Positions 1 through 10,627 of a DNA stretch of 64,000 bases are shown in pieces (position 1 is the stretch's first letter; every line of letters begins with the position of its first letter). This DNA comes from a virus: positions 1-64,000 of the IMG/VR virus record IMGVR_UViG_3300021142_000023; one strand, 5' to 3'. A program made the translations under genes and the position numbers. A model generated the notes under the pieces. The model saw only the letters and a list, made by a program, of their open reading frames with translations. It did no database searches and had not been told where the DNA came from.

Positions 1-139
1 CGTCAACAAGCTCTCTTACCGGGAGTTCTTCATTACGAATACAATCCCAAAAACAATAATCCCGGATATGAACAGAATTGGCCAGTAAGTGAGGATAGTT
101 TGCATGTACTGAATTAGTTATAGCTTCAAGTGTTGTCAT
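1..139 (-). CDS. Partial hypothetical protein (MTTLEAITNSVHANYPHLL...), runs off the left edge
   Basis: ATG at 139 overlaps the TGA of the 136..942 gene (ATGA coupling); frame is open to position 1. Confidence 0.6.
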   Translation of the reverse strand, partial: MTTLEAITNSVHANYPHLLANSVHIRDYCFWDCIRNEELPVRELVD

Positions 140-942
140 CCATTAACATAGTTTCTAAACTGAATTAAGTTACTTGCAATAATTCTTTCCTGTATTTCGT
201 CTGGTACTACATCTAAGAGATCTACAAGTTTAGTAGACTCTTTCTTCCAGTTACCGATAACATCAGAGTACCTCACTCTCTTAATACCGTGTACGATAGG
301 AGATGAAGTATCTAGTGTTTCGATCCAGTGATATTGAGGGCTTTGATAGAAACTAAATTCTCTAGGGTGTGCACAACCTAATAAATGGTGAGGCTTATCT
401 TTATTAATGATACCGTCATTCATTAACTGAGTTAAAGTTATTACTCTACCCATCATATAAGATACCCACTTGTTAGGATGAGGAAATGCTTTAAGGTAAT
501 AAGAATAGTCAAATGAAATAGCTAGTTTATCTACGCCGATCTCTTGATCTAGTGCTACATAACACTTAACTAGTTCACCGTAAGTCTTTCCTTGCACAAC
601 ACCAATAGTTTTAGAGCTACTAACAAAGTCCCAATCTTTCCATAAGCACTTCTTAGCTGAATCAATAGTACCTTGACAATCTTCTAACACGTCTGGTATA
701 ATATATTCTGTAGGGTTAAGCTTTTGTATCCAGTGAGCATAACGTTTAGAGTCAAAAGAGGTACCTAACTCAAATATAGAGTTATCTAATAAAACATGCC
801 TACCACCTTTAACACTGTCTTCAAAGAACTTGTAGTATTGCGGGTGAGTTTCAAAGAGGTGCACGAGTGCATAGCAGTAATCGTTGTATGTACGAGATAT
901 CTCGAGCATACTTAAGGGAGATTCGTGTGATATTTTAATCAT
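136..942 (-). CDS. TGT-fold, DpdA-like 7-deazaguanine insertion enzyme (putative)
   Basis: Motif order LLDNS..ELG, IIPDVL, GVVQG, HHLLG, LDTSSP resembles TGT/DpdA barrels; queC/D/E are in the same window; ATGA overlap with the DNA polymerase. Confidence 0.65.
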   Translation of the reverse strand: MIKISHESPLSMLEISRTYNDYCYALVHLFETHPQYYKFFEDSVKGGRHVLLDNSIFELGTSFDSKRYAHWIQKLNPTEYIIPDVLEDCQGTIDSAKKCLWKDWDFVSSSKTIGVVQGKTYGELVKCYVALDQEIGVDKLAISFDYSYYLKAFPHPNKWVSYMMGRVITLTQLMNDGIINKDKPHHLLGCAHPREFSFYQSPQYHWIETLDTSSPIVHGIKRVRYSDVIGNWKKESTKLVDLLDVVPDEIQERIIASNLIQFRNYVNG

Positions 943-3500
943 GAGAATATGTCAAATAAGTCTGTTGTTACTTCGTTAGTTAAATCTGGTAAACGCCATC
1001 CAATAGCTTCATATACAGCTAATATCGGCGGTTTAATTATTGTATCGAACATTTCAATATAGTCTACTTGAAATTCATTAAATTCTGGTGGAAAGTTGTA
1101 AGGGTAACAAAGAGTATCGATATTATACTTGTTTGGTGCAATATAAATCTTCTTTACTTTGCCACCGGAAGTAATCCGTTCATACTTTGTTTCCAAATGT
1201 AAATGTTTTAGTAGTTGGTTATACCATAATGCACCTTTAACGTGATTAGGTGTGCCGGTACCTATCTTAAAGCCATCTGCTTTTACTTCGTACTTCTCTA
1301 AATCGCTAAGACCACCGCGAATAGCAATTTCATCTACATTCAACGTTTTAAACGTGTCATAAACCTCTTTGTAAAGGCTGTTTGCCTTTATTTGATCCTG
1401 ACCTAACAGAGAGTTCTCAATGACCTTTTTAATCAGTTCTTTTGCTTTCTTTGGCGTTGTAGATCTAGCGATTTCTACCCCAACATACTTAAACTTATTA
1501 ACGTTTGCACCTTCATCGTTTAATACGTGAATAATATAACGTTTCTTTTGCAGGTAAACACCTACATCACAAATCGACTCCCGTTTAAAGAAGTAACGAG
1601 GATCGATAGACTTAAACTCAGAAGCAGACCACTTTTTAATCTCACTATTTAAGTATGTACCAATCTCTTTGTCTATTAAATCTATACCTTCTGGTGTTAC
1701 TTTACCGTCTTTAAATATGTTAAGCTTAATTTTATCAAGGATAGGTCTAATAGTAATATGAGTACTATCAGTATCACCGTAAATGTTAAGGGACGTATTA
1801 ACCCCGTATTTGTCTTTAGCGTATTTATCAAGGATGATACCCGCCTGCTTAACCACTGACTGACCGGTAAGAGTAATACTACCGGCGTGATCACTATCGC
1901 AAATAGGGCTAAACTTATTAGCAAAAACACCATAAATAGAATTAAGAAGAATTTTAATAACGTGCTGGATGGTGTCAGCTCGTTCCATATTAAACTTACA
2001 CGTTTTGTACTCATCTGTATCTGGGGGTAAATTACTTAGTTGTTTTTTGTGTTCAATGTATTGGTTTTTATTTTTTACCCGTTCACTGTAAAGACTGTCA
2101 ATTAATGAAGGTACAACGCCTTTTTTCTTCTGGGTATACAAAACGTTAGCTTTAGATATAGCTAACTTCTCAACCTCCATCAGTTTCTCAAGTTTTTCGT
2201 TAGGTACAGTTTTTTCAGAACCACTAGCTAACAATAACGTAGTCTCTGTATCAGTCTTACGTAAAATCTTACCTATCTTAGTCTCTGGCGATATATTAAG
2301 AGTAATGATAGTATTAGGGTATAGAGAATTAGCATCGTAACTCACTACTGCAGTCTTTAAGCCGCGTTCTGGATCTCTAACATAACCACCTTCGATTTCA
2401 TCTCTAGTAGGGCCAGACACAAACGTAGGTATAACCATACCGTGCTTGTAAGCTTCTAAAGCAACACAACCAGTAACGATTTGTACTTTACCTAGAGCAG
2501 CTTCAAAGCTAGTTAAGCCTTTATACGCTAACATACGAATGATCTTAAAGAACTGTAATTTCTTTTCCATTCGTACTAATAGATCAACGTCTTGAATATT
2601 GTAGTCTACGAAGTTGTTCCAATCGTCTTCAGATAGAGAAGCTAGGTTAGTGGCATTAATAGCTAGCTTACCTTCACCTAATTCATGCTGTGCTACAAAG
2701 TTTAGTGCATATGATTCTAACAAACCACGCGCAAAGCCTTTATAAACTTCGAGATAGTCCATCGCCGATACACCGTGAATATACCAACGATCTAATTCTT
2801 GTCCTTTAACAAAGATACCTTTACGACACCAAAGACTTTTTAACGGAGATAAACGTTTAGCTGCGTTTTCACCTAATAAGTTATTGATACGGTTAATAGT
2901 ATAAGGAAAGTCGAAAAAGTCCGTATTCCACCCAGATAAAATGTCTGGGTAATAATCGTTTTCCCAAAACTCTAAGAACTTATTAAGTAAGTCTACTTCA
3001 CTACTACACTCAGTGTAAACAACGTTTTTACGAGACGGGGTATAAGGCTTACAACCCCAGGTATAAAACGTTTCAGATAAGTTATCATATATCGTTATAA
3101 GGTTGATAGGATGCTTTGCGTCCTTAGCTTCAGGAAACTCATCTGGGGAGTAAACTTCGATATCAAGAAAGCAAACCTTCAACGGGTTAGCAGAAAACTC
3201 AGGCTTTTCGTAATCGTCTTTAAACTTTTCAATGAGAAACTGCTGTTCTACCTGAATATTATGATATAAACGTTTAATGGCGCCATCCTGCGCAGCTTTA
3301 TTACGTTCGAAAGCATTTCTAAATACTTTCTTCTTTAACTTAGTGTTAAAGATAGACAAAGCATCAGCATTCTCCAGATTAGTCTCTACATAAAAGTAAG
3401 GACTATATGGTTCCTTTTTAACCACACGTTTACCGTTTTTATCCCAGGTAAATAGATGTGCTACTGCTTCTCTTGAGTTATAATATACGTTACGATACAC
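939..3500 (-). CDS. gp43: Family B DNA polymerase (T4 gp43-like)
   Basis: Exonuclease motifs DIE, GWNTDFFD, YNIQD; polymerase motifs YDANSLYP, KILLNSIYG, YGDTDS, KKRY. Confidence 0.97.
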   Translation of the reverse strand: MYRNVYYNSREAVAHLFTWDKNGKRVVKKEPYSPYFYVETNLENADALSIFNTKLKKKVFRNAFERNKAAQDGAIKRLYHNIQVEQQFLIEKFKDDYEKPEFSANPLKVCFLDIEVYSPDEFPEAKDAKHPINLITIYDNLSETFYTWGCKPYTPSRKNVVYTECSSEVDLLNKFLEFWENDYYPDILSGWNTDFFDFPYTINRINNLLGENAAKRLSPLKSLWCRKGIFVKGQELDRWYIHGVSAMDYLEVYKGFARGLLESYALNFVAQHELGEGKLAINATNLASLSEDDWNNFVDYNIQDVDLLVRMEKKLQFFKIIRMLAYKGLTSFEAALGKVQIVTGCVALEAYKHGMVIPTFVSGPTRDEIEGGYVRDPERGLKTAVVSYDANSLYPNTIITLNISPETKIGKILRKTDTETTLLLASGSEKTVPNEKLEKLMEVEKLAISKANVLYTQKKKGVVPSLIDSLYSERVKNKNQYIEHKKQLSNLPPDTDEYKTCKFNMERADTIQHVIKILLNSIYGVFANKFSPICDSDHAGSITLTGQSVVKQAGIILDKYAKDKYGVNTSLNIYGDTDSTHITIRPILDKIKLNIFKDGKVTPEGIDLIDKEIGTYLNSEIKKWSASEFKSIDPRYFFKRESICDVGVYLQKKRYIIHVLNDEGANVNKFKYVGVEIARSTTPKKAKELIKKVIENSLLGQDQIKANSLYKEVYDTFKTLNVDEIAIRGGLSDLEKYEVKADGFKIGTGTPNHVKGALWYNQLLKHLHLETKYERITSGGKVKKIYIAPNKYNIDTLCYPYNFPPEFNEFQVDYIEMFDTIIKPPILAVYEAIGWRLPDLTNEVTTDLFDIFS

Positions 3501-3507
3501 AAAACAT

Positions 3508-3535
3508 ATTATGTACCATCTTACTAACTAATCAA
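3508..3535 (-). promoter_or_regulatory. Sigma70-like promoter TTGATT-N16-CATAAT, 7 nt before the gp43 GTG
   Basis: Read directly; the same geometry recurs at 13 sites. Confidence 0.6.
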
Positions 3536-4701
3536 GAAGGAAAGTAAACTTTCATATGCTCATCAATGTGATCTTCTAACCAATACTTAGTTGCAACCTT
3601 ACGAGCATCATCCGATTCATTTAAATACATTCTACGATCTCTTAGTAGCTTCTTAGCTAGATCCATCATTTCATCAGGAGTATTGAACCGTAGAGGTGCT
3701 ACAGGATCTGTATTGTATGGTGGAGCGTCTTGGCATAAACAAGGCACTCCTAATGCACCGGCTTCTAAATACTTAATAGGTGCTTTTGCGTAGTTAAACT
3801 TGTTATTTTGAAGTGGTGCAAAAGCTAGATTGAGATTCAATGAATCAAATGCATATGCATATTCATATAAGCTTTTCCAACCTACGAATTCAACCTCTCC
3901 AGCAGCTACTAGGTCTTGTATAGTATTAGGTACCGCCCCCATGAATACCCACTTGTAATCTTTGTAAGTTTTACGGATAATATCAGTAAATGGCTCGATA
4001 TCATCCATAACGCCTGGTAGTCTTTGTACATTTAAATGAGTTGGACTACCTACATAACCGATACGTGGGCGTTTTTTGTTACGATCGAAATTTTCTACGA
4101 CTTTAGCTTTATTGTAAAAACGATCTATCCAAAACTTTGGCATATAGTTAGGAACTACAATAGCTGGTACTCCAGTCTTTTCTGTATAATAATCTGCCAT
4201 ATACTTTGTAGGACAGGTAATAGCATCACAATGCTTAATAATTTCTATTGCTGTTTTGCTAATAACAGGATCAACAAAAGCTTCTCTAGACTTGTTATAC
4301 AATGGAATGTCTTCTGGGAAGATAACATCATCAATTTCGTAATATATTTTAAACTTGTTGCCTTTATCAGAAGTTTCTCTTAAAAATTTTACAAACTGTA
4401 ATTGTGGTGGTGTTACTTGGCGCTGTATTTTTACGGACTTGATACCTGCATACATACGAGGATCAAGCAACATCATTGTAGAGTTTGTTACAACTCCTTT
4501 ACCTGAGGAATTAATTAATGACTCAGGCCAGTGCATACGCCAGAAACCACAACCACCGTGATCAGCGGCAAAGCTGATAGCCATATTTGCAGGTGCTGCA
4601 CCTGCAGGGCTTGGAGGTGGAGCAGATTGCGCTATAGGAGAACCAAATGCAGGAGCTCCTAATGGAAGTGCCGGTGCGCCGAGTACGAAGGAATTATTCA
4701 T
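3532..4701 (-). CDS. Glycosyltransferase, GT-B/GT4-like
   Basis: GCGFWRM, EIDD, RIGYVGSPTH, APLQNNKFNYAKAPIKYLEAGALGVP. Confidence 0.8.
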   Translation of the reverse strand: MNNSFVLGAPALPLGAPAFGSPIAQSAPPPSPAGAAPANMAISFAADHGGCGFWRMHWPESLINSSGKGVVTNSTMMLLDPRMYAGIKSVKIQRQVTPPQLQFVKFLRETSDKGNKFKIYYEIDDVIFPEDIPLYNKSREAFVDPVISKTAIEIIKHCDAITCPTKYMADYYTEKTGVPAIVVPNYMPKFWIDRFYNKAKVVENFDRNKKRPRIGYVGSPTHLNVQRLPGVMDDIEPFTDIIRKTYKDYKWVFMGAVPNTIQDLVAAGEVEFVGWKSLYEYAYAFDSLNLNLAFAPLQNNKFNYAKAPIKYLEAGALGVPCLCQDAPPYNTDPVAPLRFNTPDEMMDLAKKLLRDRRMYLNESDDARKVATKYWLEDHIDEHMKVYFPS

Positions 4702-6517
4702 TATTAAAATTTGTTGATCTTACTGTTATGCCGTTTTTCTTTTCTAGGAATATAATTTCACCGCTAGTACAGTATTTCATACTTTCTTTACGGTGTGATA
4801 TTATATACACTGCTTCTTGGTATTTTTCCACTCTTTCGCGTATTATATCCAATACCAATTCAATACCTTTCTCATCTAATGATGAGTCTAGTAATTCATC
4901 AAATACTGATAGATTTAACCATACATTAGCTTGTGCTCTACGGATATCTTGAAACGTAAAGATCATTGCAAGGTCTATAGCTTTACGTTCAGCTCCTGAG
5001 AAGTTAAAATAACTACATTCTACACCACGCTCATTAGTAATAGTTTCTTCAAAGAATTCGTTAAATTTAACTGTACTATTACTTTCAAGCTTCTTAAGAT
5101 AAAAAGCAAGTCTAAGATTTAATACTTCAAGTATCTTTTTAACAATATACGACTTTACCCCTTCTTCTGAAGTAATAAACTTTGCAGATTCGATTACATC
5201 AATTTTAGTCTGTAGTTCATTTACCTTGGTTTTAATCTCAGTTAAGCGATCTTCTATTTTCTTAATACTGTCGTTATACGCATGATCATCGTTATTTAAC
5301 GCATCTAAGTCAACTACAAGCTGTGATTGCCAAACGTTAAGCTGATTTAAACGAGAATTAATATTCTCTACCTCTTTACGACGAATATTAAGATCGTTTA
5401 ACTTCTTCTGTGTAGCTGTAATGCCTTTCTCAACTTTGTCTAGGTGTGTTTGTATTTCTACTAAACGAGGTTTCTCTTTAGAAATAGTTTCTGTATATTT
5501 TTGTATTTCTGCTTGGCATTCAGCCTTATCTTTTTCGTATTGAACGTTAGTAGCTTCAGCTAGATCTTTACCGCAATGAGGGCATTTACTATCTACTTTC
5601 TTAAGCTTTTTAATACGATCATTATTAAGCTTAATATGAGTCTCTGCTTCAGTGATAAGTTTATTAACCGCGGCTATTTTTTTATCACAAGTACTTTCTG
5701 CGGTTTTAAGTGCAGTTAAGTTATCCTCTATAGTTTTTTGAGCAGCTGCATCTACTGATTCTAGCTTACCAACTTTTTCATTAATTAATGCAATCTCTTG
5801 TTCATTGTTACGCTGACGGGTAAGTAGTACCTCTCTACGTTTACTTTTTGTTTCTTCGTAAGTTTGCTTTTGTTTAATACTGTCTTGTAAAGCTCTTTCA
5901 GATTCATCTACTTTAGTATGTTCAATGTCTAGATTACGTTTTGTTTCGTTAAAATCAAAACGCGCGATACTCAACATATTACTAAACACTTCTAAACCAA
6001 GAATACCTTCAATAAACTTACGTTTTTCAATCTTTTTCTGCGCCATAAACGGAACTGTATTGTTTATGGTCATTGCTACACTATTCTGAAATACTTCTGG
6101 AGAAGTATCGATTATGTCAATAATGTATTCAGTTGTTTGTGGTACGCCCGAACGCGTCTTATCTTCACCGTCTACATAAAGAAAACACTTAGTAGGGTTA
6201 AGTGTACGAACGATTTTATATTCTGTTTTTACATGGTTAGTATCAACAGTAAACTCTAATTCAACCTCACAAACGTCCTCTGGATAGAGATTATTAACAA
6301 TGTTTTCTTTCTTAAGATCTCTTATAGTAGAACCGTATAAAGCAAAATGTATAGCATCTGCTATTGTAGATTTACCTACACCGTTAGCACGGTCAGCTTT
6401 ATCTAGATTACGACCTGTAATAATGTTTAATCCAGGTTTAAAATCTACAGCAACCGGTCTTTTACCTACAGACAGGAAGTTAGTAATTTTTATATTCTTA
6501 AAGAAGACGTACTGCAT
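4694..6517 (-). CDS. gp46: Recombination endonuclease ATPase subunit (gp46, Rad50/SbcC-like)
   Basis: Walker A NGVGKST, coiled coil with CPHC zinc hook, FSGAE signature, FDELLDSSLD, ISH. Confidence 0.95.
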   Translation of the reverse strand: MQYVFFKNIKITNFLSVGKRPVAVDFKPGLNIITGRNLDKADRANGVGKSTIADAIHFALYGSTIRDLKKENIVNNLYPEDVCEVELEFTVDTNHVKTEYKIVRTLNPTKCFLYVDGEDKTRSGVPQTTEYIIDIIDTSPEVFQNSVAMTINNTVPFMAQKKIEKRKFIEGILGLEVFSNMLSIARFDFNETKRNLDIEHTKVDESERALQDSIKQKQTYEETKSKRREVLLTRQRNNEQEIALINEKVGKLESVDAAAQKTIEDNLTALKTAESTCDKKIAAVNKLITEAETHIKLNNDRIKKLKKVDSKCPHCGKDLAEATNVQYEKDKAECQAEIQKYTETISKEKPRLVEIQTHLDKVEKGITATQKKLNDLNIRRKEVENINSRLNQLNVWQSQLVVDLDALNNDDHAYNDSIKKIEDRLTEIKTKVNELQTKIDVIESAKFITSEEGVKSYIVKKILEVLNLRLAFYLKKLESNSTVKFNEFFEETITNERGVECSYFNFSGAERKAIDLAMIFTFQDIRRAQANVWLNLSVFDELLDSSLDEKGIELVLDIIRERVEKYQEAVYIISHRKESMKYCTSGEIIFLEKKNGITVRSTNFNNE

Positions 6518-6526
6518 TAGGTTATG

Positions 6527-6554
6527 ATTATAACCTCTAAGCTAAACTATTCAA
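6527..6554 (-). promoter_or_regulatory. Sigma70-like promoter TTGAAT-N16-TATAAT, 9 nt before the gp46 ATG
   Basis: Read directly; recurrent motif. Confidence 0.6.
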
Positions 6555-7397
6555 CGTCTCTAACATTCTTTTCGCTACCGCTGTTGTAGTACAATTTTGG
6601 TATAACGCCTGTCTGAATGATTCGATGTGTTTGTCGTAAATGTTTTCGGGTTTCTCTTTGTTAAATATATCTGTTAATACATCTTGACATTCTTTCTTAG
6701 GAAAATGCTTCATTGTTAATTCCGGGCATCTATCGATATTATAGAATACCGGTATACAGCCGTTACCCATAATTTCATAATGTCTTAAACAGTCCCAACC
6801 AGCTTTTTTAACTGTTACACCGAATCTTGACTGGTTATAATCATTGTAGTAGTCTTTTTCGTTCTTATAAATGTAAGTGCTTTTATCTAGTGGTGTGATA
6901 AACGCTTGATTCCTGGTTTTATTTGTGTTAAAATTAACTTTACACATAGGAATCGCAAAGTTTATAGGAAACATTCTGGGTTTATCATAGATAAGCTCTC
7001 GTTTAAAATAAACAATGCCTTTATTGTAAGAAGGATGAATATTGGTTTCGTCTTCTCCGTCTATAGCAACAACTTTATTAGCAGGGTAGTGTTGCAGTAT
7101 TTCATCTAAGTAATCGCTACATCTCCATATAGATCCGTACACTACATAATCAAAGTACTTGTTAACTATCTTCGAAGTAATATCAGTACGATCTACATCT
7201 AAGTCAGGTAATACACGAGTTACAGTCATACCCATACCATAAAGCTTACTTGCTTTTTCAGCATCGTAGGTATCGTAGTTGTGGGCTTGTTTGTTTATAT
7301 CTAAAACATCTGCTCCGTATAATTCTTTAAGACCTATCAATACTGCATCGTTTTGATAGTCTACATGATCTCCTTTAGTTAAATAAAGTATTTTCAT
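6537..7397 (-). CDS. Putative glycosyltransferase (GT-B-like)
   Basis: IDGED, YFKREL, SRFGVTVKKAGWDCLRHYEIMGNGCIP donor-binding-like C-terminus; lies in a GT cluster. Confidence 0.65.
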   Translation of the reverse strand: MKILYLTKGDHVDYQNDAVLIGLKELYGADVLDINKQAHNYDTYDAEKASKLYGMGMTVTRVLPDLDVDRTDITSKIVNKYFDYVVYGSIWRCSDYLDEILQHYPANKVVAIDGEDETNIHPSYNKGIVYFKRELIYDKPRMFPINFAIPMCKVNFNTNKTRNQAFITPLDKSTYIYKNEKDYYNDYNQSRFGVTVKKAGWDCLRHYEIMGNGCIPVFYNIDRCPELTMKHFPKKECQDVLTDIFNKEKPENIYDKHIESFRQALYQNCTTTAVAKRMLETLNSLA

Positions 7398-8284
7398 AGA
7401 AATTTTAATAATGATTTTACTCTAGCTGTAGCTGTATGATATTTTAATACCTTGCTATAACCGGCTTGTGCAATCTTAAGTCTTTCTAATTCGTTATTTG
7501 TATAATAGTTAACTTTGTCAATACAATCATCTAACGAATCAAAATAAACGATCTCTTTACCTTCTTCAAATATTAAATCGATACGGGTATCTTTATCGGG
7601 CCTGTCAGCTATAACCATTCTATTTGCTAACATACCTTCAAATATACGACGTGTAACTTCTTTATATTGGCTATTTTGTAATACTATCTTACCCCTTCTT
7701 AAATAGGATGAATGCTCTAGTGCATGTAAACTACTACGAGTATCAAAACGTTTGCCTAAACGAGCTCTTACACTTTGAAAGAATTTATCTGATACATCTC
7801 TAGTACATACAGCATCTAAATCAGGTATAATATCATAAACTTTATCTGGATACATAGCAGTATCAGCAAAATGAGGAAACCACATAGCATTGTAGCCTTC
7901 CTTGGTGTATTGCTGTACACATCTAATGTCTGGAGATAAAATAATATCAAACTTACCGGTTACCGCTTTTTGATGATTATAACCGAAACTCTGCGGATCG
8001 TCTCCGGACTCCAATACCCATTTAGCTGAAGGAAATTGATCTTTAGTTAGGAGGGGGCTACGAAACATACCGTAATCAAAGTTAATGATTACATCCGGTA
8101 CGAATATACCTGACTTAGCTTCAAAAAGTAGATCTGTTATACCATCTTCAGTATACTGCTCTTGTAAGTTCATTGAAGAGTAGCACTTAGTTTTGTGACC
8201 AGCCGCTTCAAACTCTCTTTGTAGAGCTATAGATGTGTTCCAAACATCTTTAGGTAGTCTTGCATATAGAAACGATATATTCAT
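7394..8284 (-). CDS. Glycosyltransferase, CgeB/Glyco_trans_1_2-like
   Basis: GDDPQ, KIVLQ..EVTRRIFEGM, FEEGKEIVYF, ERLKIAQAGY..HT..R. Confidence 0.8.
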   Translation of the reverse strand: MNISFLYARLPKDVWNTSIALQREFEAAGHKTKCYSSMNLQEQYTEDGITDLLFEAKSGIFVPDVIINFDYGMFRSPLLTKDQFPSAKWVLESGDDPQSFGYNHQKAVTGKFDIILSPDIRCVQQYTKEGYNAMWFPHFADTAMYPDKVYDIIPDLDAVCTRDVSDKFFQSVRARLGKRFDTRSSLHALEHSSYLRRGKIVLQNSQYKEVTRRIFEGMLANRMVIADRPDKDTRIDLIFEEGKEIVYFDSLDDCIDKVNYYTNNELERLKIAQAGYSKVLKYHTATARVKSLLKFL

Positions 8285-9034
8285 TTATAAAGTATAGTCT
8301 TTAAATTTTTTAAATCCACCAGAACGATAAGGTTCTTCTTCATGCCATTTTTTGCCAAGAATGTTTCCTTGAGCATTCATATTTTCCGGTATGTACTGAC
8401 AGCGCAAAGGTCCACGATTAGCTTTAGCGGTGTCGCCACTCTTATGACTAACCCGTGCACTAGTTAATACTCCATGTACCAAGCCGTTACGTTGTAAGCT
8501 TAATATGTAGTCATTATCTTGGTAAAAGAAATAAAACCTTTCATCTAGATAACCAATCTTTTCAAATACACTTCTACGCGCGCAAAAACATGCACCGAAC
8601 ATATGTAATGCTATTTCCCAACCGTAGTATAACTTATTATCGTTAGGAAAATATTGCTTAGTATGACGATGCCACTCTCTATCAATAGGACTGATTGAAC
8701 TTACTATTGAGTTTGTTTCAAACTCTTTGACAATATTCTGTATGCAGTCTTTTTGAATAGTTAAATCATTGTTAGGTCCCATAACATATTCAGCTTTACA
8801 ATGACTTAAACCTATATTAAAGAACTGGTTATAGTTAAACTCAAAAGAAGGTATAATCACCTCTACTTTAGACTGATTATAATCTCTATTAAAGTTTTTA
8901 TACGACTCTATTACATATATTTTTCTGATTAACTCATCAGCTGTAGCTATATATGAATCAATACAGTTTTTAGTAGTTTGAAAGCTCTTGTCATCTTCTG
9001 CAAGAGATAAAATTATTACATCAACTTTGCTCAT
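8285..9034 (-). CDS. Glycosyltransferase family 2
   Basis: VDVIILS, FNYNQFFNIG, NND, FEKIGYLDERFYFFYQDND. Confidence 0.85.
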   Translation of the reverse strand: MSKVDVIILSLAEDDKSFQTTKNCIDSYIATADELIRKIYVIESYKNFNRDYNQSKVEVIIPSFEFNYNQFFNIGLSHCKAEYVMGPNNDLTIQKDCIQNIVKEFETNSIVSSISPIDREWHRHTKQYFPNDNKLYYGWEIALHMFGACFCARRSVFEKIGYLDERFYFFYQDNDYILSLQRNGLVHGVLTSARVSHKSGDTAKANRGPLRCQYIPENMNAQGNILGKKWHEEEPYRSGGFKKFKDYTL

Positions 9035-9806
9035 TTATAAATCTTTCTACTTCTTTGTTAACATCGTATTGGTGTACTACAGCAGGTATAATATTATTGT
9101 CTATAATAATTTTATTGTTTTTTATAGATACAGAACGTTTTACATTTACGTAAGCCATATTAGCTACCTTGTCGTAACCGAATATATTATATCTAAGATA
9201 ATCAAAACGTACAACCTTATTAAGTACAGCTTGGTCAATGTTAGGGTAATTACCTATACGTCCGATAATCATTGATATGTCTGTACACATTTCCTTCAAC
9301 AGTTCAGCGCATCTTTCTCTATGACCTAAAATAGCACCACCATTAATAATTTCGTAACCACGGGTAAGATTAAAAATATCAGTACCGTAACACAGGTTCA
9401 TCCAAGTTGTATTAGTTTTACAGTTTAATATGAGTTCTATTTCATGAAATACTGTAGGTTTACCTTGAGTTTTGTAAAAGTCTTTAAAAATATCATCTTG
9501 AAAGTAAACATCAGTAAAATCGCACAAGAATACACTTTCTGATGTAGAGATTTTACTGCAATACAAATAAAAGAAAATAACCTTAAGTGTGTATGGGGAT
9601 AAACTTAGATCTACATTATATTTCGTAGCAATAGCACGAGCATTTACATAGTTAACATTATTGTTTTCAAAGTACTCAATAACATCGTTCTTTAAGTCAC
9701 AACCAATAACTGTTATCTTATTACCAGTCTTAATAGCTGATTGTACAAATACCTTTATACCTTTATTAAGGCTATAGTTTTGTCCGTATGTAATAATTTC
9801 GTTCAT
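9021..9806 (-). CDS. GT-A fold nucleotide-sugar transferase-like protein
   Basis: LCDFTDVYFQ (DxxD), INGGAILG, DQAVLN, VHQYD. Confidence 0.7.
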   Translation of the reverse strand: MNEIITYGQNYSLNKGIKVFVQSAIKTGNKITVIGCDLKNDVIEYFENNNVNYVNARAIATKYNVDLSLSPYTLKVIFFYLYCSKISTSESVFLCDFTDVYFQDDIFKDFYKTQGKPTVFHEIELILNCKTNTTWMNLCYGTDIFNLTRGYEIINGGAILGHRERCAELLKEMCTDISMIIGRIGNYPNIDQAVLNKVVRFDYLRYNIFGYDKVANMAYVNVKRSVSIKNNKIIIDNNIIPAVVHQYDVNKEVERFINEQS

Positions 9807-10627
9807 TTTTTCTTCTTAATTTGTTTAAGTACCTGTAGTACTTCATTCTGTTCATATATTTTAGGCTCATTAGGGTAATGACCATGTTTCTTTTTGTACA
9901 ACTCTCGGCCACCATATACATTCTTGTGCCATTGCTCTTTTTTATCCGCAATAGATGAATTATCGATTGCACCAGGCGCTTCTTCGAGATACTTTTCACT
10001 ATCAGCTATATCAGCAAACCACCAAAACGGAGGATGGTAACCAGCTAATGCAATACGATATGTATGATCTACGTGTTCCCAAGCATTGTAGAACTGTTCG
10101 TCAATATAGCCTACTTTTTCGAGTACTTCTCTAGTAAAGAATGAAAACATTGCTACTGTATGAGTATATAATGCAATTTTAACATTATTAGGATACTCAA
10201 CAATAATACGAGGGTTAACAGGACTCTTTTGATCGAGTAAATGTCTGTTATGAAGATCAAACTCTATGCTTTGTTTACGGTTAAATGGTGAACCTGGACC
10301 GTAATTAAAATGCTGTATACCTGATTCTTTATATGCTTCAATATACTTGTAAAATACAGTCTTATCTTTAATAAGCATATCATCTTCAATAATAAAAATA
10401 TAATCACAATTAGCATCATAAAGATGCTTCATTGCTTTATTTTTAGATTTACCTACCCCTAAATTTACTTCATTCTGTAACCAAGTACCGGGTACATCTA
10501 TTTGATTTTCGGCTTTACCATCATTAACCACCACAAGTTCATTTACAACATCCATGGGAAGTGTTGCGATTAAAGCCTTGAGGTAATCGTTTCTATTACA
10601 GGTAATTATACCTACGCCGATTTTCAT
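9803..10627 (-). CDS. Glycosyltransferase family 2
   Basis: GIITCNR, VVVNDG, IEDD, VGYIDEQF..WEHVD. Confidence 0.88.
   Translation of the reverse strand: MKIGVGIITCNRNDYLKALIATLPMDVVNELVVVNDGKAENQIDVPGTWLQNEVNLGVGKSKNKAMKHLYDANCDYIFIIEDDMLIKDKTVFYKYIEAYKESGIQHFNYGPGSPFNRKQSIEFDLHNRHLLDQKSPVNPRIIVEYPNNVKIALYTHTVAMFSFFTREVLEKVGYIDEQFYNAWEHVDHTYRIALAGYHPPFWWFADIADSEKYLEEAPGAIDNSSIADKKEQWHKNVYGGRELYKKKHGHYPNEPKIYEQNEVLQVLKQIKKKK

Noticed and set aside
1697-2014. Hydrophobic 105 aa alternative-frame ORF inside gp43, and similar nested or antisense ORFs (4036, 12257, 12277, 29651, 44717, 50019)
   Set aside because: They lie wholly within well-supported genes, lack promoter motifs and have the composition expected of shadow frames
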